Positions 1-11,773 of a stretch of DNA of 64,000 nucleotides are shown piece by piece. Made by a program: the position numbers and the translations under genes. Position 1 is the stretch's first letter, and the number at the start of each line of letters is the position of its first letter. Source of the DNA: an uncultured Gemmatimonadales bacterium (GTDB lineage: Bacteria > Gemmatimonadota > Gemmatimonadetes > Gemmatimonadales > GWC2-71-9). The DNA is taken from assembly GCA_963842945.1 (NCBI GenBank), contig CAWJIM010000016.1:194509-258508 (forward strand). Direction: 5' to 3'. The notes below the pieces were generated by a model. That model had not been told where the DNA came from and ran no database searches. It saw only the letters and a list, made by a program, of their open reading frames with translations.

Positions 1-440
1 CACCAGACCCGGCAGCGCGGTGCGGTGCTCCTCGAGCTTGGCGACGACGTCGAAGGAGGCATCGCCAAAGACCAGCGCCGGCTGATAGCGCGCCTGCAGG
101 TAGCGCTCGATGATGTCGGAGACCCGCGCGCTGTCGAGCGGGACGTAGCGGGCGACCCGGGCCAGGACGGCCCGGAGGGAGTCGGTGGACTGAGCGAGCA
201 GCTTGACCGAGTAGCCGGGCACGTTCTCGGCGATGACCCGCCCTTCCGGTCCAGGATCGTACCCCGGGGCGAGGTCAGCGGAATCGGCCGCAGCCGGTTG
301 GTCTCCGCCTTGAGCTGGAACTTGTCGTGCTGTAGGACCTGGGTGCGGAAGAAGGCGCCGCTCAGGACCAGGAAGGCCCCGAGCAGCACCAGCCGGGCAA
401 TGTCGGCGCGCTCCCGAATGCGGTAGGAGTCGAAGTTCAT
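1..440 (-). CDS. mrdA: Penicillin-binding protein 2, N-terminal part (runs off window; frameshifted)
   Basis: Minus strand from ATG 440 reads MNFDSYRIRERADIARLVLLGAFLVLSGAFFRTQVLQHDKFQLKAETNRLRPIPLTSPRGTILDRKG: TM anchor plus the class B PBP RGxIxDR motif; directly downstream of mreD. Confidence 0.9.
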   Translation of the reverse strand, partial: MNFDSYRIRERADIARLVLLGAFLVLSGAFFRTQVLQHDKFQLKAETNRLRPIPLTSPRGTILDRKGGSSPRTCPATRSSCSLSPPTPSGPSWPGSPATSRSTARGSPTSSSATCRRAISRRWSLAMPPSTSSPSSRSTAPRCRVW

Positions 441-933
441 GCGTCCAGCCGAACCGAGAACAGGCTCGGAAGGTCACCAGCACCACGAGGGCAAATGCGG
501 CCGTGGTGAACGCCTGGAAGGGCTGTAGAACGGTCAGCTCGGTCAGCAGCTGGTTGTGTCGGTTCCACTCGCCACGAGCACGATCAGGTCACGCAGCCAG
601 AGCCCGGCCGCGACGAATGCCGCGTTGACCAGCAGTTATCGGCAAAGAACACCGCCCGGCCCCACGAGGCCAGGTAGCCGACCAGGGTGTGCGCCAGAGC
701 TGCCCGCTCCAAAGCGGGCGGGGGTCAGGGTATCCTCGATCAGTCCCACCAGGAATCCGGCCAGAGCGGCGGCCCCGGGCCTGCTCCGCATCGCGAAGAG
801 CATCAGCCCGATCAGCAGGAAATCGGGGCTGACCCGCGCAATCCCAGAGCCGGGGACGGAGATAGAACTGGAGAACCAGGAGCAACAGCAGCACGAGAGC
901 CAGCTGCACCCGGGTGACACGCCGGGAACTCAT
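437..933 (-). CDS. mreD: Rod shape-determining protein MreD (frameshifted)
   Basis: Hydrophobic pieces (VSPDFLLIGLMLFA..GAAALAGFLVGLIEDTLTPARFG) split over frames; between mreC and mrdA. Confidence 0.85.
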
Positions 934-1987
934 GGGCTGGAGTCCCGGCGCTCGGGCGTTGGCGGTTGGAGGCCACCGGGCTGGGCGAGCTGCCGGGCCG
1001 AGCCTCGCCGTGGGATGCTGGCGGTAGCGCCGCCCAGCATGGGCGAGCTCGCGGCAGGGAATCCCGGCGAGCGGCCCGGGCCGCCTTCAGCGCCTGCGCC
1101 ACCGAGTCGGCCCGCTGCACCCGGGCGATCGAGTCCAGCCGCATGGCCTCGAGCTGAGAGTCGCTGGGGAAGGCCGGGGCCAGATCGCCGCCGCGGTCCC
1201 GGTCAGCACCAGCACGTGGGCCGCGGAGCCGGGGTTCGCGGCGGGCCGCAGCCGGTACACCCGCTCCCAGCCCGCCTCCTCGCGCACGGCGCCGATCACC
1301 GTTCCGACGGGGATGCCCTTGGGGAACACGCCGCCCAGCCCGGAGGACAGCACCAGCGTCCCCAGCGGGACCGAGTCCCGATAGGGAACGCCGCGGAATT
1401 CGAGCGCGCCCTCGCTGTCGGCCCCTGGCTCGAGGGAGCGACGACGCCGAAGGCGTTGCCGCTGACGGTGAACGCGCTGACCCGGAAATCCGGGATGGGC
1501 CCACGACATCGCAATGCTGCTCGAGCGGCGACACGCTGAGCATCACGCCGATGAGGCCCTCCGGCGCGACGACCGGATTGAACGGCGCGACGCCCTGCCG
1601 CGTGCCCGCGCTGAGCAGCAGGGTGCGGCCGTCGGTGGCCTGCGGCTGATGCAGCACTTCGGCCGGCACGGAGCTGCTGAGCCGGTGGCTGAGCCCGAGC
1701 AGCTGCCGAAGCCGCTCGTTCTCGGCCCGAGCGACGGCAGCGACTGGGCCAGGTAGGCGGCGGAGTCGCGCTGCGCCGTGACGGCCCGAAAGCGGGCCCG
1801 GCTGGTGCGCCCCTCTTCGGCCCGCGCCTGGAGCCAGACAGCGGCGAGAGAACCGTCTCGCCGCAGCGTCGCGGCAATGCCGTGGCCCAGCGGGTCGGGC
1901 GAGAAGAGCGCCACAACGACAGGCCGAGGCACATGAGGAAGAGCACGGTGTCCCGGCGGGTGTAGCGCGGTCCGACGCGCTGGACAT
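930..1987 (-). CDS. mreC: Rod shape-determining protein MreC (frameshifted)
   Basis: ENERLRQLLGL, VVAPEGLIGV and LVLSSGLGGVFPKGIPVGTV motifs across ORF fragments; follows mreB. Confidence 0.9.
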
Positions 1988-1989
1988 GC

Positions 1990-3024
1990 TCAGGTGGACA
2001 GAACGCTCCGGTACTTCTCGTAGTCGTCGAGGATCCGGCCGGTGCCGCGCACCACGCAGGTCAGCGGGTCCTCGTCCACGTGGATCGGCAGGCCGGTTTC
2101 CTGCGCCAGCAGCAGGTCGAGCCCGCGAATCAGCGCGCCGCCGCCGGTCATCACGATGCCGCGGTCGACGATGTCGCTGGCGAGCTCGGGCGGCGTGATC
2201 TCGAGCGCGCGGCGAACCGCGTCGACGATCTGCTGGATCGGCTCCTGGATCGCCTCGCGGATCTCGCTCGAGTGCACGCGCACCGTCTTCGGGATGCCGG
2301 AGACGAGGTCGCGGCCCTTCACTTCCATCTCGCGCTCGTCGCCGACCGGCGCGGCGGAGCCGATCTGGATCTTGATCTGCTCCGCGGTCGGCTCGCCGAT
2401 GAGCAGGTTGTAGTTCTTGCGCATGAACTGCACGATGGCCTGGTCGAGCTCGTCGCCGCCGGTGCGGATCGAGGTGTCGGACACGATGCCGGAGAGCGCG
2501 ATGACCGCGATCTCCGTCGTGCCGCCGCCGATGTCGATCACCATGTTGCCGGTGGGCGTCTCGACCGGAAGCCCCACGCCGATCGCCGCCGCCATCGGCT
2601 CCGCCACCATGAACACTTCCTTGGCGCCGGCGGTCTCGCCGAGTCGCGCACCGCGCGCCTCTCCACCTCGGTGATGCCCGAGGGCACGCACACGATCACC
2701 CGCGGCTTCACCTTGAAGACGTGCTTGTCGATGATGGGCTTGAGGAAGTAGCGCAGCATCTTCTCGGTCACGTCGAAGTCGGCGATGACGCCGTCCTTCA
2801 TCGGCCGGACCGCGATGATGCCGTCCGGCGTGCGGCCGAGCATGCGTTTGGCTTCGAGCCCGATGCCCTTGATCTTCGGTGGCCTGCTCGATCGCGACGA
2901 CCGAGGGCTCGTTCAGCACGATGCCTTCGCCCTTGACGTAGATCAGGGTGTTGGCCGTGCCGAGATCGACGGCGATCTCGTTCGCGGGGAGCCAGGAAAT
3001 CAAATTCAGGCCGGGAACTTTCAT
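1990..3024 (-). CDS. mreB: Rod shape-determining protein MreB (frameshifted)
   Basis: [54 protein letters not shown]. Confidence 0.97.
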   Translation of the reverse strand: MKVPGLNLISWLPANEIAVDLGTANTLIYVKGEGIVLNEPSVVAIEQATEDQGHRARSQTHARPHAGRHHRGPADEGRRHRRLRRDREDAALLPQAHHRQARLQGEAAGDRVRALGHHRGGEARGARLGETAGAKEVFMVAEPMAAAIGVGLPVETPTGNMVIDIGGGTTEIAVIALSGIVSDTSIRTGGDELDQAIVQFMRKNYNLLIGEPTAEQIKIQIGSAAPVGDEREMEVKGRDLVSGIPKTVRVHSSEIREAIQEPIQQIVDAVRRALEITPPELASDIVDRGIVMTGGGALIRGLDLLLAQETGLPIHVDEDPLTCVVRGTGRILDDYEKYRSVLST

Positions 3025-3086
3025 CGAGGGGCCGCTAGGCACATGGGCGCTGAAGGTAAATGGCACGCGGTAGTGCCGCTCGAACG

Positions 3087-3530
3087 CTACCGTCCCGCTG
3101 CTGCCGAACCCACCCGTGCCTCGTGCAGTCGGCGGCAACCTCGACCGGCCGGAAGCCACTCGCTCCACCCGCGCGACGATCATCTGCGCGATGCGCATGC
3201 CCCGGGTCACCTCGAACGGCTCGGTGCCCAGATTCACCAGCGCCACCATCAACTCGCCCCGGTAATCGCTGTCGATCGTGGCCGGAGTGTTCGGCAGCGT
3301 GATGCCATGCGGAGCGCCAGGCCCGACGGGGCCTGATCTGGCACTCGAACCCTCGGGCACCGCGATGCTGAAGCCGGTGCGGAACAGCTGTCGCTCCAGC
3401 GGGGCCAGCTTACCATCCTCGGCGCTGGCCAGATCGTACCCAGCTGAGCCGGGCGTGGCCGGCTCGGAAGCGGGAGACCCTCGGCATGGGGCAGCCGGGC
3501 GACAGCACCTCGACCGCGCACTCCGGCCAC
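3087..3530 (-). CDS. dut: dUTP diphosphatase (frameshifted)
   Basis: ATPGSAGYDL, NTPATIDSDYRGEL, GMRIAQMIV, RGTGGFGSSG motifs. Confidence 0.93.
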
Positions 3531-3533
3531 CGC

Positions 3534-4649
3534 TCAGACAACGGTGTTGACGTCGGTCAGCGGCAGGCCGAAGGCCTCGGCGACGCCGGGGTACACGACC
3601 TTGCCGTCGACGACGTTCAGGCCCAGCCGCAGCGCCGGGTCGGACTTGCACGCCGCACGCCAGCCCTGCTTGGCGAGCTTAAGTCCGTACGGCAGCGTAG
3701 CATTGGTGAGCGCGAGGGTGGAGGTGCGGGGCACGCCGCCCGGCATGTTTGCCACGGCGTAGTGGAGCATGCCGTCGACGAAGTAGGTGGGGTTCTCGTG
3801 GGTGGTCGGCTTGATGGTCTCGACGCAGCCACCCTGGTCCACCGCCACGTCCACGATCACCGACCCGGGCTTCATCAGCTTGAGGTCGGCCCGCTTGACC
3901 AGGTGGGGGGCCTTGGCCCCGGGCAGCAGCACCGCGCCGACCACCAGGTCGGCCCGCCGGATGCGCGTCCAGGATGTTGTGCCGGTTGGAGTAGACCGTG
4001 TCCACGTTGGCCGGCATCACGTCGTCCAGATAGCGGAGCCGGTCGAGCGAGATGTCCAGGATGGTCACGTGGGCGCCCAGGCCGGCGGCCATCTTGGCCG
4101 CGTTGATGCCGACGACGCCGCCGCCGATGATCACGACCTCGCCCGGCGCCACGCCGGGCACGCCGCCCAGCAGGATGCCGCTGCCGCCGAACACCTTCTC
4201 CAGGTACTTGGCCCCTTCCTGCACCGCCATGCGGCCGGCCACCTCCGACATCGGCGTCAGCAGGGGCAGCTCGCCGCTCGGCAGCTGCACCGTCTCGTAG
4301 GCGACCGCGATCGCGCCCGAGTCGATGACCGCCCGGGTCAGGGCTTCGGCCGCGGCGAAGTGGAAGTAGGTGAAGATCACCTGGCCGCGCCGCATGCGGG
4401 GCCACTCCACCGCGATCGGCTCCTTCACCTTCATGATCATCTCGGCCTGCTGCCACACCTCGTCGGCGGTCGGCAGCGATCTTGGCGCCGACCGCGCGAT
4501 AGGCCTCGTCCGGAGAAGCCGCTGCCCGACTCCCGCCCCTGCTCCACGAACACCGTGTGCCCGGCACCGACCAGCGCCTCGGCGCCGGCGGGCACCAGCG
4601 CGATCCGGTTCTCGTTGGTCTTGATCTCCTTCGGGACGCCGATCATCAT
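3534..4649 (-). CDS. ald: Alanine dehydrogenase (frameshifted)
   Basis: [73 protein letters not shown]. Confidence 0.96.
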
Positions 4650-4678
4650 CGCTGTTCCTGAGGTGAGGTCGATAAGCG

Positions 4679-4747
4679 TCGAACGGTGAACGGTGAGCGG
4701 TGAACGGGCGTTGCACCCGCTTACGCGTTCACCGCTACCGTTCACGT
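4679..4747. repeat. Heptamer (CGGTGAA-like) tandem repeat with inverted copy, forming a hairpin
   Basis: gaacggtgaacggtgagcggtgaacg ... cgttcaccgctaccgttcac between the peptidase stop and ald start. Confidence 0.75.
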
Positions 4748-6014
4748 TTGTCCGGCCCCAAACGCACCACCGTCTGCCGCTCCGGCGCGAAGAACTCCGC
4801 CGCCACCGCCGCGACGTCCTCCGGGGTCACCGCGTCGATCTCCGCCAGCATCTCGTCGAGCGGGCGATACTGCGTCGTCGTAGCAGCGTCGAAGCCGGCC
4901 AGCCGGCCCATCCGGGCCGTCGGGCTCTCCAGCGACAGCATGATCTGGCCCTTGAGCTGCTGCTTGCCGTCGGCCAGCTCGCCGGCGGCAGGCCCTCCCG
5001 GGCGAGCTTGGCGTACTCCTCCCGGATCGCCTCGATGGCCTGGTCGGCGGTGGCGGGCTGGGTGCCCGACGTACACGCCGAGCTGGCCCGACGCTCTGGT
5101 AGAAGTGCTTGTACGCAAAGATGGCGTAGGCCAGCCCCAGCTCCTCCCGGACCCGCTGGAAGAGCCGGCTGGACATGCCGCCGCCGAAGACGTTGGTCAG
5201 GATGGCCAGCGGAAAGCGGCGCGGATCGCGGAGCGGAAAGGTGTCGGTGCCGAAGACGATGTGGGTCTGCGCGGTGTCGCGCGTCCTCGGTGCGGCGGCC
5301 CCCGCGCACCGCGGGGCCGGCGTGACGCCGACGCCGGGGCGGCTCGGGCGCGTCGCCCTCGAACCAGCCTTCCCGCTCGAGCACGGTCAAGCAGCTGCTC
5401 GTGATCGACGTTGCCCGCCGCCGCGATCACGCAGTTGCCCCGGTAGTAGCCGCCGCTGATGCAGCGCGCGGAGGTCGCTCGGCCGAGAGCGCCGTCCAGG
5501 GTCTCGCGGCGTGCCGAGGATGGAGTAGCCGTACGGGATGTTGCGGCCAGAGCGCTCGCGGCGTGGAGCTCGAACACCAGATCGTCCGGAGTATCGGCCA
5601 CCCCGTTGATCTCCTCCAGCACCACGTTGCGCTCGGACTCGAGATCGCTCTGCCGGAGCAGCGGGCGGCGGACCAGATCGGTGAGGATCTCGACCGCCAG
5701 GGGCAGATCGGCGTCGAGGACATGGGCCTGGTAGCTGGTGTAGTCGCGGCCGGTGTAGGCGTCGAGGCCGCCGCCCCGCACCTCCAGCTCCAGCGCGAGC
5801 TGCCGGGCGCGTGCGGCGCTCGGTGCCCTTGAACACCATGTGCTCCAGCAGGTGGGAGATGCCCGAGCTGCTCGGGGTCTCGTGCGCGCTGGCGGTGCGG
5901 ACGTAGATGCCCGACCGCCGCCGAGCGAACGCCCGGCAGCGTTTCGGTGAGGACGACCAGCCCGTTCGGCGCGGTGGTCCGGAACAGCCCTTCGTCGAGT
6001 TGAACCGTTTCCAC
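4735..6014 (-). CDS. M16 family (pitrilysin-like) zinc peptidase (frameshifted)
   Basis: NGLVVLTE, (H)[10 protein letters not shown] zinc motif, [31 protein letters not shown]; usual position after pnp. Confidence 0.92.
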
Positions 6015-6019
6015 GAGGG

Positions 6020-8118
6020 CTAGTCCCTGGGCAGCAGCGCCTTCCGGGACAGCTTCATCCGGCCCGCGCTCGTCCACCTCGAGCAGCTTGACCTGGACGA
6101 TGTCGCCCTTCTTGACCACGTCTTCGGTCTTCTCGGTGCGGCCGTGCTGCAGCTCGCTGATGTGCAGCAGACCTTCGACGCCCGGGCAGGATCTCGACGA
6201 AGGCGCCGAAGGCGGTGGTGCTCTTGACCGGCCCCTCGTAGGTCCGGCCGACTTCGGGCTCGGTGGTGATGGCTGCGACCATGGCGCGCGCCTTCTCGCC
6301 GGCCTCGCCGCCGACCGCGGAGATGGTGACCATGCCGGTATCCTCGATGCTGATCTTGGCGCCGGTGGCGTCCTGGATCCCGCGGATCGTCTTGCCCTTG
6401 GGCCGATGACGTCGCCGATCTTGTCCGGCTTGATCTGCATGGTGATGATGCGCGGCGCGTACTGCGACAGATCGGTCGCGCGGCTGCGGCAGGGCCTTGT
6501 CCATCTCCTTCGAGGATGTGCAGCCGGCCCTTGCGCGCCTGCTCCAGCGCCTGCTCCATGATCTTGAGCTCGAGGCCCTCGATCTTGATGTCCATCTGGA
6601 TCGAGGTGATGCCCTTCTCGGTGCCGGCCACCTTGAAGTCCATGTCGCCCAGGTGGTCCTCGGAGCCGAGGATGTCGGTCAGGATCGCGACCTTGTCGCC
6701 TTCCTTGATCAGGCCCATCGCCACGCCGGCGCAGGGCGCCTTCATCGGCACGCCGGCGTCCATCAGCGCCAGCGAGCCGCCGCAGACCGTGGCCATCGAC
6801 GAGGAGCCGTTCGACTCGAGAATCTCGGAGACGACCCGCAGGGTGTAGGGAAAGTCCTCGTAGTGCGGCAGCAGCGGCTGCAGCGCCCGCTCGGCCAGCG
6901 CGCCGTGCCCGATCTCGCGGCGGCTGGTGCCGCGCATCATCTTCACTTCGCCGGTCGAGAACGGCGGGAAGTTGTAGTGCAGCATGAACGACTTGGTGGT
7001 CTCGCCGGCCACGTCGATGCTGTCGATCCGCTGCTCGTCGTCGCTGGTGCCCAGCGTGACCGAGACCAGCGCCTGGGTCTGTCCCCGGGTGAAGAGCGCC
7101 GAGCCGTGGGTGCGCGGCAGAGCGCCCGGTCTCGATGGTGATCGGCCGGATGGTGTCGAGGTCGCGGCCGTCCACCCGCTCGCCCTTCTCCAGCACCTGC
7201 GACCGCATGACCCGGTACTCGATGTCCTCCAGCTCCGTCGGCGATGTCGCGGCCCTGCTCGGCGAACTCGGCGAGCGAGCTCGCCAGCGATCTGCTCCTT
7301 GCACCGCCTTCACCGCCGGTGGACCGGCCGGCCTTGTCCTTGGCGTTGATGGCCTGCGCCATCTGGCGTCTCGGCCAGCTGCGCGCACCGCGGCAATCAG
7401 GACCTGATCCGGCCTCGGCCTTGGTCCACGCGAGCTTCTTGGATCGGCCCGCCTTGTCGATCAGCTGCTTCTCCAGCCCGATGCAGCTCCCGGATGCCCT
7501 TCTGCGCCACCTTGAGCGCCTCGAGCATCTCGGCCTCGGAGACCTCGAGCGAGCCGCCCTCGACCATCACGATCGAGTCGGCCGAGCCGCTGACCACAGG
7601 TCGATGGTGGAGAACTCCAGCTGCTGGAACGTGGGGTTCAGGATCCAGTTCCCCTCCACCCGGCCACCCGCACCCGGCGAGCGGGCCGTTCCAGGGCACC
7701 TCGAGAGGCTCAGCGCGGCCGAGGCGGCCACCACGCCGAGCACGTCGGCATCGTTCTCCTGGTCGGCCGAAAGCACGGTCACGAAGACCTGAACCTCGTT
7801 CTTGAACCCCTCGGGAAACAGCGGCCGGATGGAGCGGTCGATCAGCCGGCTGGCCAGGATTTCCTTGTCGGAGGGCCGGCCTTCACGCTTGAGAAATCCG
7901 CCGGGAATCTTGCCCGCGGCGTAGGTCTTTTCGCGGTATTCGACCGTCAGGGGGAAGAACGGGAGGGTGGAGATGTTGGGGGAGACGGTTACGGCGGCGA
8001 GAACCATGGTATCGCCAAAGCGGACGAGGGCGGAGCCGGCGGCCTGCCTGGCCATGCGGCCCGTCTCGATGATCAGGGGGCGTCCGGCGAACTCGGTTTC
8101 GATCCGTTGAACGGTCAC
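6020..8118 (-). CDS. pnp: Polyribonucleotide nucleotidyltransferase (frameshifted)
   Basis: [73 protein letters not shown] and S1 domains. Confidence 0.97.
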
Positions 8119-8155
8119 TGCTTTCTCTCTCTCTGTATGGCGTCTTTGCTGCTTA

Positions 8156-8225
8156 GTCGGGAGTCAGGATCGGGAGTCAGAAGCTTTTCCGTCGGTCGCG
8201 ACTCCGACTCCCAGCTCCTGACTCG
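8156..8225. repeat. Repeat-built hairpin (GGAGTCA/GGAGTCG units) in rpsO-pnp intergenic region
   Basis: gagtcaggatcgggagtc ... gactcccagctcctgactc inverted arms. Confidence 0.7.
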
Positions 8226-8235
8226 AAACAGAGAG

Positions 8236-8264
8236 GGCGTCCCGATGCTCGATCAGGACGCCCC
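8236..8264 (-). terminator. Hairpin downstream of rpsO, probable terminator
   Basis: gggcgtcccgat-gctcg-atcaggacgccc stem-loop followed on the minus strand by ctctctgttt. Confidence 0.55.
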
Positions 8265-8280
8265 CGGTCGTCACGCAGGC

Positions 8281-8540
8281 TTAGTGCCGGAGACCAAGCT
8301 GCTCGATGAGCGCTCGGTAGGTCGGCAGATCACTTCGCTTGAGGTACGTCAGCAGCCGGCGGCGGGTACCCACCATCTTGAGCAGACCGCGGCGGCTGTG
8401 ATGATCCTTAGGTGGGTGCGGAAGTGATCGGTGAGGGAGTTGATCCGCTCGGTCAGCAGCGCCACCTGCACCTTGGCCGAGCCGGTGTCGGTGGGATGCG
8501 CCTGGTGCTTGGCCACCACTGCCTGCTTGTCGAAGCTCAT
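8281..8540 (-). CDS. rpsO: 30S ribosomal protein S15 (one frameshift)
   Basis: [40 protein letters not shown] + [28 protein letters not shown]. Confidence 0.96.
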
Positions 8541-8689
8541 GCCTCGGGTCCTCTGAACAGATGTCTCGCGTCGTAATCCGTTGTAGCACGGGAAAATAAG
8601 CCGGGGTGGCAGCGTCCAGGCAACCCCTGATCGGCCCGACCTTGCCCTTGCTCCCAGTCCCTCCAGGGCATGCACTTTAGTCGCCCAGC

Positions 8690-9264
8690 ATGACCACGCC
8701 ACTTCCGAGGACCAGTCTCGCGGCATTGTCCGGGTGGGACCCTTTGCCGGCTTCTACCAGCGGTTCGAGGAGCTGATCGCCACCTCCAGCCAAATGGCGC
8801 TCTACTTCATCCACTCGCGCCGCTGGCGGGAGAATCACTCGGCCGCAATCAAGACCTTTCTCGCCCGCAGGAAACGACGATGGAAATCTTCCTGCCCGAT
8901 CTGGAGAACCATGAGCTCATGTTCTCGCTCTCCCGCCGCTTCGAGGACGGGCCGCTGACTCCCACCCTGGTGATGGATGCCTACCGGTACTGCTACCGGC
9001 TGGCGCGGGAATACGGGAAGCCTGCGGAGATCTGGCTCTTCAGCCGCTATCCCGCGTATTCGTTCTACCAGTTCGACCAGCAGCGCGGTGATCGCGCTCT
9101 ACTCCAACACCGCAGCCAAGAAAGACATTCCCGCCTTCGAGGTGAGCACGGAAGGATTGTTGGGCAGGTTCCTGGCCAGCGATATCGAGGATCTCAAACG
9201 GGAATGCCGGCAGCGCACTCCTGAGCAGCTGGAGTCGGTGATCACCAGCGTCAGCGAGCCTTAG
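8690..9264 (+). CDS. Hypothetical protein (frameshifted over three ORFs)
   Basis: Three overlapping ORFs (8734, 8880, 8977) stitch into one globular-looking protein; no family recognised. Confidence 0.6.
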
Positions 9265-9268
9265 AACG

Positions 9269-10638
9269 CTACCCGCCGAACAGCCGCCTGAAGTCGTTGG
9301 AGAAGGCCAGGCCCATCAGCAGGATGATGAGCACCAGGCCTACTGTCGTGAGGCGTTCCCGCAGCTTGACCGGCAACGGCCGGCGAATCACCGCCTCCGC
9401 CAGCAGGAACAGGAACTGTCCTCCGTCCAGTACCGGTACCGGAAGCAGATTCAAAATGGCGAGATTGATCGAGATCAGGGCCATGAAGCCGAAGAACGCG
9501 TCCATACCCATCCGGGCGCTCTGGCCGGCAAGCTGCCCGATCAGAATAGGCCCGCCCACGTTTCGCCCCGATATTCTGCCGCTGAAGAGTCCCCGTACTG
9601 TACGCAGAACTTGGGTGGAGGCCCCGGCGGTCGCTCGCCCTCCCTCCCTGATAGCCTGAGCCAAATCGAGCTTCTCGGAGACGAAGTCGTTCCCGACCGC
9701 GATCCCGATGCGCCCAATTGCCTTGGGTTTGCCATCGAGCCCGGGCACTGTGTCGGTATAGGGCCGCATCCGAACTTCCTGCCGTTCTCCGTTCCGCGAC
9801 ACGGTTATGGCCAGTGTCTGACCGGCGCCTGACTGCTGCACCACCTCCAGCAGGTCGTACCACTGCCCGACCTGCCGGCCGTTCACCGCAACAACCGAAT
9901 CTCCCTTCCGAATGCCCGCTCGCGCGGCGGGCTTGTCCGGCAGCACCTCATCCGATGACCGGGAGCCCGAAATGGCTGCAGCGCATGGGCGGCCCTCAGC
10001 CGGTCCTCCAGGGCGTCAGGATGGATCGGGAGAACCACGGTCTGCCCCCGATCCAGATCGATCCGGACTTCGGGCGCCGAGGCGTTGGCGATCCCGTCCA
10101 CGATCTCGTCCCAGGACGTGACGGTGTCACCATTGACCCGAGTGATCTTCGACCCGGGAGAAATCTGCGTCAGCGCGGCGGCGTCCTGAGGGAGCCCCTC
10201 GGTGAGGACGCGTCCGACGGTAGTGACCGGATCGATCTGCCGGCCGTTCTTGTACGCCAGAAACGAGAACATAGCCCAGGCAAAGAGCGCGTTCATGGTG
10301 ACCCCGGCGAGAATCACCACCATCCGCTGCCACATCGGCTTCGCCTCGAACACCCGATTGGGCGGCACCATCGCGGTGGGCGCGCCACCTTCGAGCGCAC
10401 TGCTGCCGAGGTCCTCCTCCCTGCTCGCCATCTTCACATAGCCGCCGAGGGGCAGCCAGGAGATCGAATACTCGGTCTCACCTCGCCGGAAGGTGAGCCA
10501 CGGGATGGGGGGACCCAGACCGAGGGAGAAGCGGTGCACGTAAATCCCGGCCCATTTGGCGGCGAGGAAGTGTCCTGCTTCGTGCACGAACACGAGGACA
10601 CCGAGGACGACGATCAACGACAGTACGGTGATCAGCAT
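9269..10638 (-). CDS. rseP: RIP metalloprotease RseP (one frameshift near 9950)
   Basis: HEAGH, LPLGGYVKM, PDZ regions, NLLPVPVLDGG; follows dxr. Confidence 0.96.
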
Positions 10639-11773
10639 CAGCCTCTACTCTCCGGCGAGCCGTCGCACGGGCCCAGCGATCGGCGGCCTTCACCGCCTCC
10701 ACCGAGGTTGCCGGTCCCGGCTGATGGGCCTCCAGCGTCATCTCGATGGTCTCGCTGATCCGGCCGAAGGGAATGGCGCCCTCGAGAAAGGCAGCAACCG
10801 CAACCTCGTTGGCTGCGTTGAAAACGGCCGGAGCGGTACCGCCGGCCCGGCCCGCGGAAATCCCGCACTGCAGAGCTCGGAACACCTCCGTACGCACCGG
10901 CTCGAACGTGAGCGGCCCCGCCGCGATGGGATCGAACCGGCGAACCCCGGAGTCGGGCAGCCGTTCAGGATGGGTCAGCGCGTACAGAATCGGCAGCTCC
11001 ATGGAGGGAAATCCCAGCTGAGCCAGAACACTGCCGTCACAGAACTCGGTGAAGGCATGCACCACGCTCTGGGGATGTACCACCACGTCCAGCGCATCAT
11101 AGGGCAAGCCGAACAAATAGTGTGCCTCGATCAGCTCGAGCGCCTTGTTGGCCAGAGTAGCACAGTCCACTGTGATTTTGGTGCCCATCCGCCAGGTCGG
11201 ATGCTGCAGTGCTTCCTCCACGGTAGCATGCCACAGCCGCTCCGGCTCCCATCCCCGGAAGGGACCGCCTGATGCAGTCAGGATCAGTCGTGCAAGACCG
11301 TTGTCCCGCCCGGTAACGCACTGCAGCACCGCGCTGTGCTCCGAGTCGATCGGGACGATCTCGCCGCCCCCGGCACAGGCGGCCTGCGCCACCAGATCTC
11401 CGGCCATCACCAGCGTTTCTTTGTTGGCCAGCGCCACCCGCTTGCCGGCCTGAAGCGCGGCGAGCGTAGCCTCGAGACCGGCGGCCCCAACGACCGCGTT
11501 CACCACGATATCGGCATCCGGGTGGGTTGCGGCCTCGATCAGCACGTCCGGCCCCGTAGGCCAGCGCGAATCGCTACTCACTCCCGCAAGGGCAGCGTAC
11601 GATGGTTGCCACTCCGAGACCTGCGCCTCCAGCTTTGCCCGGTTCCGTCCGGCGGTGAGCGCCACCAGCCGGAAGTGCTCCTGCTGCCGCCGGAGCACAT
11701 CCAGGGTGCTGTGACCAATTGACCCGGTCGAGCCCAGGAGAGCCACACCTCGCTGGGTGCGAGTCACGGTCAT
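10635..11773 (-). CDS. dxr: 1-deoxy-D-xylulose-5-phosphate reductoisomerase
   Basis: LLGSTGSIG, LANKETLV, PIDSEHSA, LTASGGPFR, NAANEVAV; 3' end approximate. Confidence 0.97.

Noticed and set aside
1990..3651. Dut-MreB fusion (553 aa ORF)
   Set aside because: Produced by indel errors; mreB has its own ATG at 3024 and dut a stop near 3087
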